A stretch of 63,289 nucleotides of DNA, counting the filler, from Octopus bimaculoides (taxonomy: Eukaryota): the NCBI RefSeq assembly GCF_001194135.2. It is 4 parts of 4 records of this genome, joined end to end, with 100 filler letters (N's around TTAATTAATTAA, not from the genome) between each part and the next. Parts side by side here need not be neighbours in the genome. Positions count along the whole stretch, not along the records: positions 45,593 to 60,859 come from NC_068990.1; positions 60,960 to 63,289 come from NC_068997.1; 2 more parts are not named here. The stretch is one strand, 5' to 3'. The stretch's first letter is position 1. Every line of letters starts with the position of its first letter. Of this stretch, positions 52,169-63,289 are shown in pieces. The position numbers and the translations under genes were made by a program. The notes beneath the pieces are model-generated. The model was given only the letters and a program-made list of their open reading frames with translations. It did no database searches and had not been told where the DNA came from.

Positions 52169-52497
52169 CAGTAATCCGTCGTCATACCGCGGTTCACCTA
52201 TCGCGGTTTATTATTTAAGATTACGTCGTTTCTTTCGTGGTGTTGTGTTGTATTTATAATAAAATAAATATATACAAATTATAAAAATAACTGAGTGACT
52301 GAAAAGATGACTCGTTACTCGCGTGAACCCGAGAACCTTATCAAGTCTACCTAGGCTAGAGGCTCTCTCCTACGTGTACTCTTCAAGAACACACGTGAGA
52401 CTGCCCAAGCTATTAAAAGGATGCATTTCAAGCGTACCACTCGATATTTAAAACATCGGAAAGTCGAGGGATTTCCGCAATAATCGAGGGATTAGCG
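52169..52497. mobile_element. Tc1/mariner (pogo/Tigger-like) non-autonomous TIR element enclosing the RPL17 fragment
   Basis: TA on both sides (52167-68, 52498-99). Left end CAGTAATCCGTCGTCATACCGCGG versus reverse complement of right end CGCTAATCCCTCGATTATTGCGG: a degenerate TIR of the CAGTAATCCCTCG type. Confidence 0.62.
52307..52453 (+). pseudogene. RPL17: Fragment of 60S ribosomal protein L17 (uL22), N-terminal ~49 codons with an in-frame stop
   Basis: Translation [48 protein letters not shown] matches the animal RPL17 N-terminus ([49 protein letters not shown]). There is a TAG at 52352-52354, and similarity ends at about 52453. Confidence 0.92.
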
Positions 52498-52601
52498 TAC
52501 AACGCATACATATGTATACACGCTTTGTGTCACCAGTATATACTTAACGCACGATACGTATTTGTATTTACACTTATTCCATTATTGATTATTCTGCTTC
52601 C

Positions 52602-52952
52602 GTGCTGACGCAATGGCCCAGCGGCTAGGGGGAGCGGACACGCAGTCGTAGTATCGCGGACGTTGTTAGCGTTGAGCGAAAACACCAAAAGCGCCACGAT
52701 GCAGCGGCTGGTGACGAACCCTGATGTACTCTTTCACTACAACTTTCTCCCACTTTTTCTTCCTGTTTCTGTTATGCCTTCCTTTTGAAAGGGCCAGCCT
52801 TGTCACGTTCTCTGTCACGCTGATTCTCCCCGGGAACTACATTAAGGATACACGTGTCTGTGGAGTGCTCAGCCACTTGCACGTTAATTTCACGAGCAGG
52901 CTGTTCCGTTGATCGGATCAACTGGAACCCTCGTAACCGATGGAGTGCCACG
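52602..52952 (+). mobile_element. Full-length SINE family B (tRNA-derived head, RTE-like tail)
   Basis: Head GACGCAATGGCCCAGCGG; body CCAGCCTTGTCAC...CACGTGTCTGTGGAGTGCTCAGCCACTTGCACGTTAATTTCACGAGCAGGCTGTTCCG; 11-bp TSD ATTCTGCTTCC at 52591-601 and 52953-63. Confidence 0.9.
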
Positions 52953-53690
52953 ATTCTGCTTCCTATATTCCACAATTTCATCTTATTTTCAACTTAGTGA
53001 GAGTATCATGTATTATAAACTTTAGCATATTTACAACTGCACGCATGTGTTTCTTTCTTTAAGCAGAGCAAAAAAACAAACAAACACTGAAGTAATTTAA
53101 AATTACTGATTGATTGGTTAGTGCCTCCTCAAGTCTACACAACACGTATTGTTCGTTAGAAAGTCTTGCAGTGAATGTGAATAATAATGCTTATTATGTA
53201 CATTTGTTGCTTTTGCACGGAATGTGGTAAATATGCTATAAATATGCAGCTTTTGCACAAACTAAACCTGCTGACTGTTGTAAATCTTTAGAAAATGTAT
53301 GCAACCTGCTTACGCTATCAATGTAGTATCCATGTGTAAATATGTATATATTTTGATGATTTTGAATACATACACACGTAGAACATATGTGGAATTAGGT
53401 AGAGCATGCATTTCTTGTAGAAAATAACATAATGTGGAATAACGGACGGTTCATTGGCTACAACATATTGTACATATTAAAAGTATAATATTCGTGAAGT
53501 GATTAATAGATTTAACTAATTTTCCTGTTTTTTTTTCATCCTCATATTCACATTATCAACTTTCGGTGTGTACATTTTTTAACAATACTTCCAATAGGAA
53601 AACTCAAATGTTTGCACATACAAACTGAAATGTTGTAACTTTCACATCTATTAGGTAATCTGTTATATATCTCTGTATGCGTATTTACAT

Positions 53691-53764
<74 letters not shown>

Positions 53765-53771
53765 ATATATA

Positions 53772-53822
<51 letters not shown>

Positions 53823-53950
53823 NNNNNNNNNNNNNNNNNNNNNNNNNNNNNNNNNNNNNNNNNNNNNNNNNNNNNNNNNNNNNNNNNNNNNNNNNNNNNN
53901 NNNNNNNNNNNNNNNNNNNNNNNNNNNNNNNNNNNNNNNNNNNNNNNNNN

Positions 53951-53987
<37 letters not shown>

Positions 53988-54329
53988 ATTCTTTTTTTCT
54001 GATTCTTAGTTTATAATAAATGTATAGATAGCATGATTTATCGCCCCAGTATTCCATAAGTAAATACCCAGAGCAGTCTTTATAGAAACCACTTAACAAC
54101 TAAATGATCAAGTACATGAATGAATATTAAACTAATTCTATGTAATCTTCCCTTTCTAATGTTAAAAATTGGTATATATACACATATATCTATTTTGACT
54201 ATAATATCATTTTTAATAATCTTAAATTTTATCTTTATACAACATAACAATATTGTTTATATACAATCACCCATAGTACCCTGTGATAATTTCCTCCGTA
54301 TTAACATTATAGGTTTTATTAGTGTCTTG

Positions 54330-54500
54330 CCCCTTTAACTGGAAATTAACATCTTGATTTGGGGTCTTCCCCTACCCAACCTCCTTTATAGACATTACTT
54401 TATACTAATCCTAGACATCTTGACAATATTTATGACCATACCCAGCTATGTGCTGTCAATGCACTCCTGCCCTCTAATCTAAATAGACACAGTTCTCTAG
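54330..54500 (-). mobile_element. Highly degenerate RTE-like LINE fragment
   Basis: Frameshifted YGH and GxRxRGRP-like motifs on the minus strand. Confidence 0.3.
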
Positions 54501-55465
54501 TCTTAGAGTTGGTAGTTGATAAAAAGACTAATAAATTAAAAATGAACCACAATCCTTTATAAGCTATGACCCCAACAAACTTCATAGAATTCTTAGAAGT
54601 ATAGTATATTCTTAGCTACATTAGAGGCAACATGGACTCTTTCCGTCTTCTTGCTCTATTAGAGCATTTGAGTAAAATGACGGTGTGTGATTTGAGGGAA
54701 ATTTGGCTGGTATATCTGGTAAAAAAAAGTCTACAGTTTGACAGAGTTAAAGAAAGTGATACAAAGAAATGTTTCAGTCATGTATGTACATATTCACACA
54801 GTCATGTATAGGTGAGTGAATGATGTATGTATGCATGCATGTATGCATGTATGTATGTATATACGTATGCAGACAGGCATTGTATGTATGTATGTATGTA
54901 TGTATGTACGTATGCTTGTACGTACGTATATATATATATGTGTATGTATGTATGTATTTATGTATGTATGTATGTATGTATATATAATTATATATAGTTA
55001 TGATTTAAAATATAGAGGAGAAGATACACCGGGATGGAGTTAAAATGTAGGGTAACAAGCATATATACGAAAAAATTAAATTAGCCGTCTGAGGAAAGAT
55101 ATGTGATGTATTTGAAAGGTCACGAAAGAGTTTTACATTAAATTCTAGACAAGCAACAGTTTTTGTTTATTTATTTTTTTTTTGTTTTTGTTTTTCGCAT
55201 GTTCCTGATATCATTTAATAAATATTGTAAAAACGAAANNNNNNNNNNNNNNNNNNNNNNNNNNNNNNNNNNNNNNNNNAGGCATTAATAATACATTTAG
55301 AGAATACAGAATACTCGGGTTAAATCTGACGATTTTTTAATGTTCCCTTTTTTCAGGAACAGCTTGAGGTATCGGTGAACTATTAATGGCCGTTGAAGAG
55401 CATAAAGATTAAAGTTGGAGTTGAGAAAAAGTTAGAGGTGGTAGACTGGAAGCCATCTGAATATT

Positions 55466-56230
55466 CTTTTCTGCTCTTGGCACAAGGCCCGAAATTTTGG
55501 TGGTGGGGGGGGTCCAGTCGATTAGATCGATCCCAGTATGCAAATAGTACTTAATTTATCGACCTCGAAAGGATGAAAAGAAAAATCGATCTCGGCGGAA
55601 TTTGAACTCAGAACATAAAGACAGACGAAGTATCCATTTTCCTTTCTATTCTAGGCACAAGGCTCGAAATTTTTGGATAGGGAGCCAATTGATAAGATCG
55701 ACCCCAGTACGCAACTGATACTTAATTTATCAACCCCGACAGGATGATAGGCCAAGTCAACCTCGGAGGAATTTGAACTCAGAACGTAAAGACAGACTAA
55801 GTAGCCATCTGAATATTGGAGAAGAAACGCTTGATGCAAGACCAGTATTATAAGCACAAGGCCTGAATTTTTTGTGCGGGAGCTAGTCGATTACATCAAC
55901 CCCAGGGCGTAACTGGTACTTTTTTCATCGACCCCGAAAGGATGAAGTTTCCAGCTAAATATTGACGCAACAACTAGTATTCACCAAACGCATATTTTAC
56001 ATAATAATAATAATAATAATACAACTAAAGGAGGCGAGTTAGCATAATCGTTAGCTCGCCGAAAAAATGCTTAGCGGCATTTCGCCCGTCTTTACGTCTT
56101 GAGTTCAAATCCCACCGTGATCGACTTTGCCTTTCATCCTTTCAAAGTTGATAAAATAAGTACCAGTTGAGCACTGGTGTTGATATTACGGACTTACACC
56201 TTCTATCGAACTTGCTGGTCTTGTGCCAAA
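55466..56230. mobile_element. SINE family A cluster: minus-strand copies at about 55466-55630, 55640-55800 and 55850-55945, plus-strand copy at about 56030-56230
   Basis: Family A cores in both orientations. A 15-bp repeat AGCCATCTGAATATT at 55451-65 and 55803-17 encloses the first two copies. Confidence 0.85.
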
Positions 56231-56359
56231 GTTTAAGCTAATATAATAATATAACTGAATTTTTATTATTCTTTATCAATTTCGTTAAGTATTTTCATTA
56301 GATTTCTTTAAATATTTCTTAGCAAAACGCTGTAATAATATATACTCTTTTTTCTTTTA

Positions 56360-56562
56360 CTCTTTTACTTGTTTCAGCCATTCGACTGCGGCCATGCTGG
56401 AGCACCACCCTCAGTCGAGAAAATCGATCCCAGGACTTATTCTTTATAAGCCTAGTTCTTATTCTATCGGTCTCTTTTGCCGAACTCTGCTATTGTACAG
56501 GGACGTAAACATGCCAGCATTGGTTGTCAAGCGATGGTGAGAGGACAAACACAGGCACACAA

Positions 56563-56619
<57 letters not shown>

Positions 56620-56785
56620 TACGACAGGCTTCTTTCAGTTTCCGTCTACCAAATCCACTCACAAGGCTTTGGTCGACTCGAGGCTATAGTAGAAGACACT
56701 TGCCCAAGCTGCCACGCAGTAGGACTGAGCCCGGAACGATGTGGTTAGTAAGCAAGCTACTTACCACACAGCTGCTCCTGCGCCG
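56360..56785 (-). mobile_element. SINE family C near full length, with internal (TA)/(TG) microsatellite
   Basis: Head GGCGCAGGAGCAGCTGTGTGGTAAGTAGCTTGCTTA; tail GGTGCTCCAGCATGGCCGCAGTCGAATGGCTGAAACAAGTAAAAGA. Other copies lie at about 13161-13285 +, 16200-16430 -, 38505-38650 -, 43880-44235 -, 46031-46700 + (two heads) and 49200-49390 -. Confidence 0.88.
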
Positions 56786-57503
56786 ATAAAAACGAAGAAA
56801 TAATTGTTCTTAAATCAGGAAATTGTTTTTATTACTTTATACACAGAAATTTTATTTCAGAAATTTATATAATGGGGATCGATAAGTAATCATCGATTTC
56901 ATAAAGGGATCAATGGCATAAGGAGTATGCTGACCCTTGCTTTCCACGGTCATTCGGCGTTGAATATTGTTGTCCCTCTTTCCTCATAAATTTATCAATA
57001 TGTTCGTAAATGGAACACATTTGATCATTGGTCTGCTCAGTCGGGATTCCCCCGGGGCTAAACAATAACAAGAACAAATATAACAAAAACAACAACAACA
57101 ATAACAACGATAGTAAGAACAGTAACAATAGTATGTATTCTTATTAGTATAGCTTAAAGAAAAATTAACTCTGCTAAGCTGATTCAAGCTTCATGAAATC
57201 CAATATGGAGTCAAAGTTCTTAGTAGCGCGTGTCGAGATATGCAATTGTGCAGATTGTGCATGTTGTTTTGTTATTTGAGTTATTCACGTGTATTTGTGT
57301 GTGTTGCACGATAGACTGCAACTTTGACATTATTTCTCTATGATATCACGAACATATCACGCAGCGACAATCATATGATCTGTAGGGGAATATCTTATAC
57401 AGGTCAATATATAAGTACAAATATAAATAAATTTACTCAAAGACACTAACGTGAGAATCAAGGACAAATGCGTGCATGTATTGATGTATACATATGTGTG
57501 TGC

Positions 57504-57576
<73 letters not shown>

Positions 57577-57957
57577 TATATATATATACACATATTTATA
57601 TATACACATATATTTATATATACATATATATTTATTTATATATACATATATATGTATATGTTTATATATATATTCATATAATATATATATATGAATATAT
57701 ATATATATATATATANNNNNNNNNNNNNNNNNNNNNNNNNNNNNNNNNNNNNNNNNNNNNNNNNNNNNNNNNNNNNNNNNNNNNNNNNNNNNNNNNNNNN
57801 NNNNNNNNNNNNNNNNNNNNNNNNNNNNNNNNNNNNNNNNNNNNNNNNNNNNNNNNNNNNNNNNNNNNNNNNNNNNNNNNNNNNNNNNNNNNNNNNNNNN
57901 NNNNNNNNNNNNNNNNNNNNNNNNNNNNNNNNNNNNNNNNNNNNNNNNNNNNNNNNN

Positions 57958-58001
<44 letters not shown>

Positions 58002-58013
58002 CAGGCAGACAGG

Positions 58014-58108
<95 letters not shown>

Positions 58109-58230
58109 CGTATGTGTGTGTTTGTGTGTGTGCATATATATGTATGTATATACTTATATATGTATGCTTATACATGCATATATATACTTACGTTTATATA
58201 TGTATGCTTATACATGCATACATATACAAA

Positions 58231-58328
58231 AGTTGATGTGCACTATCGCAGTTCATATGTATGTATACGTATGTATATACATATACATACGTATACATAC
58301 ATATGAACTGCCATAGTGTACATCAACT
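58231..58328. repeat. Near-perfect 98-bp hairpin (47-bp arms)
   Basis: 58231-58277 pairs with 58282-58328, with one C-C mismatch (58247/58312) and one G-U pair (58240/58319). Confidence 0.92.
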
Positions 58329-58399
58329 CTTCTTCCACACAGTTTGTAATCATAACAGTAAAGGAGAGAAAAGAAATATGTATATATGTATATATATAC

Positions 58400-58455
<56 letters not shown>

Positions 58456-58963
58456 TTTTGTGTGTGTAAGACGGTGGTGGCGTGAATATTTCAGTTTTGT
58501 TGTTGATGGGTGGGATTTTCATCCTCCGTTTTTTTTGGGGTTTTTTTTTCGTGTTTCTTCTTTTACTCTTTTCACTGTTTCACTATAATACAATATTAGT
58601 TTATTGACAATATCACTAATTAGCTGATATTATTGAAGTACTATCCACATCCTCATAAATTAGAACATTCGAAGTAGTAAAGTATTTGAAAAGAAAAAAA
58701 AGCACAAAATGTGATCGGAAAGTATTCTAACGTATTTAGTTTCTTTTAGTTTCAAAGACGACGTTGAAAAACTATACTGACAATTTCTAAAGATATATAA
58801 ATGACTTTGAATTGTTGTTAGGTGCAGAATTATGACTTTTCACTTTGTTTTGCAGCAGATATTGTTATATATCATTATATTTTATTATTCAAAATTTTAT
58901 ATTGCACATATATATGATACTGTTATTTATTATATACCGTTATTTATTGCATATATGTGGATG

Positions 58964-59048
<85 letters not shown>

Positions 59049-61423
59049 GCGTGTGTGTGTATTTGGGTGGGTGTATGAATCTCAGGAAAATTCATTGGTA
59101 ATGTTAAGTTTTATATAACGTTCGCTCGTTTCCGCAAGCCGATGATTGACACTATTGCGTCAACCCATTAGCACGCATCCTCGGCATTAGCAGCAATTCT
59201 ACCACTCTGGAAGTAACAGATAGGTCAGCATGTCATTTTTTAAATATCTAATATCTAACTTTTCCGTAATGACATTTTGCTCGTAACTTACAAATGAAAA
59301 TTGTATACATAAATTTCTAATTTATTTAATGAGTATAAATGGAAACAGCTGTAGCAAGAAATTATTATCAAATAATTAATAAATAATTATTAACTACTAA
59401 TTCTATTTTCTTCTTTTAATACGTATGTATGCATGTGCGTGTGTGTGTGTGCGTGTGTGTGTGTGTGCGTGTGTGTGCGTGCGTGTGTGTGTGTATGCAT
59501 ATCATTATTCAGCTTTATTTCAAGATTTCTCACCAATAAAGAAAGAGTCGGTTTCTGACCTATATTCAAGGCTAGATCCAACATCAACATGGTATTTTTG
59601 CATGTATGTATGTATGTATGTATGTATGTATGTATGTATACGTGCAGATTTGTATTTTTAATGTCATGATTAGCGAAACCGGTCGACAAACACAATATAA
59701 AATATATTTTAAAATATATTAAGACTATGTGCATTTTCCTTCTTTAATTTCATATATATATATANNNNNNNNNNNNNNNNNNNNNNNNNNNNNNNNNNNN
59801 NNNNNNNNNNNNNNNNNNNNNNNNNNNNNNNNNNNNNNNNNNNNNNNNNNNNNNNNNNNNNNNNNNNNNNNNNNNNNNNNNNNNNNNNNNNNNNNNNNNN
59901 NNNNNNNNNNNNNNNNNNNNNNNNNNNNNNNNNNNNNNNNNNNNNNNNNNNNNNNNNNNNNNNNNNNNNNNNNNNNNNNNNNNNNNNNNNNNNNNNNNNN
60001 NNNNNNNNNNNNNNNNNNNNNNNNNNNNNNNNNNNNNNNNNNNNNNNNNNNNNNNNNNNNNNNNNNNNNNNNNNNNNNNNNNNNNNNNNNNNNNNNNNNN
60101 NNNNNNNNNNNNNNNNNNNNNNNNNNNNNNNNNNNNNNNNNNNNNNNNNNNNNNNNNNNNNNNNNNNNNNNNNNNNNNNNNNNNNNNNNNNNNNNNNNNN
60201 NNNNNNNNNNNNNNNNNNNNNNNNNNNNNNATATACACGTGTATTGATACATGTGCATCAATGCAACACTTAACATTCTCTTCCTATACTCCTTATTCTC
60301 TCCTCAATATTAACATTTGACAATCTTTATTCAAAGATGAGGCTAATATTTAAACTACACTTTATATCTTTTACAATATTTTTTTCTCTCATAGCTTTGC
60401 TGCGATATATGTAAGTTGACTTTCTTTTTTTTGTAATTTAAACATTTGAACAAATGCAATAAATCATTTGTGCAACTATCAGATATTCCTTTGAATAACT
60501 ATTATATATAAACGCGTGTGTGTGTGTATGTGTGTGCGTGTGTGTGAGTGTATATGCGTGTGTGTGTGCGTGCGTCCGTCAGTGCGAATGTGTATATATC
60601 TGTGTATGTATATGCATGTGTATATATACGTGTATGTATATATGTATGTTTATGTATTTATACATATATACGAGTGTTGTGTATACATATATTTGAATAT
60701 ATATAGTTTTATAAATATTTATTACATGCATGTATTTTGAACTATTGTGGTCGTGTATATATGTGTGTGTTTGTGTGTGTGTTTGTACACTATTCACATA
60801 TATGTACATATATATTGTATGCATATAGCTAGAAGATATATATGTGTGTATATGTGTGTNNNNNNNNNNNNNNNNNNNNNNNNNNNNNNNNNNNNNNNNN
60901 NNNTTAATTAATTAANNNNNNNNNNNNNNNNNNNNNNNNNNNNNNNNNNNNNNNNNNNNATATATATATTTTGTTGTACTTGGGGATGGTCATATTGCCA
61001 GTTTAGCCAATACATATATATATATATATATGTATACACACATACATGTATACACAGACACACACACACACACACACACACACATACGCATACACACTCG
61101 TACATGCAAACGTGCAAACATAAATACCTAGCCGTTTACTCGGCCATTTAGCGATATACTCAATTAATTTCAACGCCCACGTTCTTCAGAAGACAGATAT
61201 ATAGAATCAGACAGCTACACAAAGCAGACGCACACGCGCATGCGCGCGCATACACCTACGCACGTATGAACATAACCACGGAGAAATGCACATACACAGG
61301 CATACAAGCACGTTATCTGATCTATATCGTCATTGCACGTCAATAAAACGGCTGAACACAGCAAAGAAATCGTCGTCTGTGCTTGTGTGTGTGTGTGTAT
61401 GTACGTGTGTGTGTGTATATATG

Positions 61424-61492
<69 letters not shown>

Positions 61493-62573
61493 CATGTATG
61501 TTTCGGCATGTGTGCCTGTGCCTACGTATGTTCTATGTAGGTTATATGCACATGCTTGCACATATGTGTGCGTGTCTGTGTGTTGATGCATGTCTGTAAG
61601 TGTGTGTATGTATGTATAGTGTATGGTTTATATGTGTATGTAGGAAAATGTGTGTGATTATGTATGTACGTGTAAATGATGGTGTGTGCGTGGTCGTATT
61701 TGTATACGTATGCGATTCAACGTGTGTGTAATCGTATATGCGTATGCGTGTATGTATGTATGTATGTATGTATGTATGCATGTATGTATATATGTATGTG
61801 TGTGTATGTATATATTTCTGCGTGCCTGTGAGAATGTGTTCATGTGCATGCGTACGTGCGTGCGTGCGTGCGTGTGTGTGTGTGTGTATGTTCGCGTGTG
61901 TGTATGTGCGTGTATGCATGTCGAGTGTAGATATCGCAGTATTCTTGCGTGTGTATAAATGTGTTGGTCATGGTGTGTATGGAGGTGCTGATATATCAGT
62001 GTATTTATGTGTGTGTATGTGCGTGTGCGCGCATGCGTATCTGTGTATATGCGTGTGATGAAGAAGAGCCGGAATGTATGCCGGTTCAAGATATTGACCA
62101 ATCATGCCTTTTTTTTATTCCATGTCCAACATACCCACTGCACAATGATTGCACCTTCACAAGTTGCAAGCAGCAACCAGGATTGCAGTTATGCAAAACG
62201 TCAGAATGCAATTTCACCGAATTAATTACAGCAACAGCAACAACAATAACAACAACAATGATAAGAACTGTAAGAAGAAGCGCCCAAAAAAAAAGGTGGG
62301 GGGGAATATCTTCTAAGAACTTTGATACTAATAAAAGACTGGAACTTTAATTCTGTATTCATGGAGGTAGACTATATGAAATGGTAACTGGCCCCTTGAA
62401 GCACCACTGCCGTTATCATTGGTATCAACAGCGCCACCTTGCGAGCTAATAACACACTTTCTACGTCGTCGCTCCACCTGCATTAATAGCAACCGAAATT
62501 TGTTTAAAATCACCGTAGTCTCTTACAAAAGAAGGAAGAAGGCATTGGATGATGTAGTCCTATATACACAAAA

Positions 62574-62890
62574 GTGGTAGCTTAGTGGTTAGGGTATTCA
62601 GCTTATGATTGCAAGGTCGTGAGTTCAATTCCTGGCGACGCGTTGTGTCCTTGAGCAAGACACTTTATTTCACGTCGCGCCAGTCCACCCAGCTGGGAAA
62701 AATGAGTAGTATCTGTATTTCAAAGGGCCAGCCTTGTCACACTCTGTGTCACGCTGAATCTCTCTGAGAACCACGTTAAATGTATACGTGTCTATGGAGT
62801 ACCCAGCCACTTGCACGTTAATTTCACGAGCAGGCTGTTCCGTTGATCGGATCAACTGGAACCTTTGTCGTCATAACCGACAGAGTGCCA
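62574..62890 (+). mobile_element. SINE with a CORE-like central domain and the family B tail (minus-strand copy at about 25385-25690; head only at about 52030-52145)
   Basis: tRNA-like head, then TGTGTCCTTGAGCAAGACACTTTATTTCAC, then the same CCAGCCTTGTCAC...GGAGTGCC tail as family B. Confidence 0.82.
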
Positions 62891-63289
62891 GCCAAAAAAA
62901 GTCATATATACAGGATGGTCACGGCTGGAATGCCTTTGATTATACGTCTGCTCAGCTAAACCTGACTTTGGGCTAAATAACAGCAGGAACATCTTAGATG
63001 TCTCCTTCCCCCAGATTTAATTCTAAGATATTGGACGACCCGGTACTTTAGTAAAAGACTCTTGATTAAGGTACCGCACAATGACGCAAAACACTTAACC
63101 ACATGTTAACCCCGAATAGACCAATGCCTTGTGAGCGAATATGGTAGGCACTTACTTTGTGGAAGTCTGCCGTGCACTTATAGTATGTATGTATGTATGT
63201 ATGTATGTATGTATGTATGTATGTATGTATGCATGTAGGAATGTGTGTGTGTGTATGTATGTATGTATGTATGTATGTATGTATGTATG

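Noticed and set aside
55089-55127. CTGAGGA...GTGA/TCAC-GAAA hammerhead-like motif (similar CTGAGGA at about 6773)
   Set aside because: There is a long insertion before stem II and no valid stem III/NUH; the 6773 site lacks GAAA.
61949-62350. Cys-rich plus-strand ORF (CDEEEPECMPVQD...) suggesting a secreted peptide
   Set aside because: It starts in TG/TA repeat with no credible start, signal peptide or acceptor.

Overview
This is animal genomic DNA from a draft assembly, not prokaryotic. It has many N gaps and three artificial 100-bp N/TTAATTAATTAA/N join spacers. Dense microsatellites, the tRNA-headed SINE families and a very long-intron gene suggest a coleoid cephalopod, probably Octopus; this is inference. 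The only well-supported host coding sequence is one 83-bp exon (34506-34588, +) encoding the Cys-loop of a GABA/glycine/GluCl-type pentameric ligand-gated ion channel, so most or all of the window is probably intron. The rest is microsatellites, at least four SINE families, several RLE-type LINE fragments (R4/Dong-like, HERO-like), and Ty3/Gypsy, mariner, CR1/L2-like and RTE fragments plus MITEs. Almost all ORFs in the supplied track are microsatellite, N-gap or transposon artefacts. Four items stand out. (1) A tRNA-headed SINE-like element carries a minimal type I hammerhead ribozyme (50089-50360). (2) A TA-flanked TIR element carries an RPL17 coding fragment (52169-52497). (3) Inverted arms of 60-bp E-box repeats, one arm with TATA+Inr, enclose a HERO LINE fragment (47588-48445). 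(4) The RLE LINEs show a twin-priming-like inversion and chimeric or internally deleted derivatives. All alignments and translations were done by eye; no database search was run.
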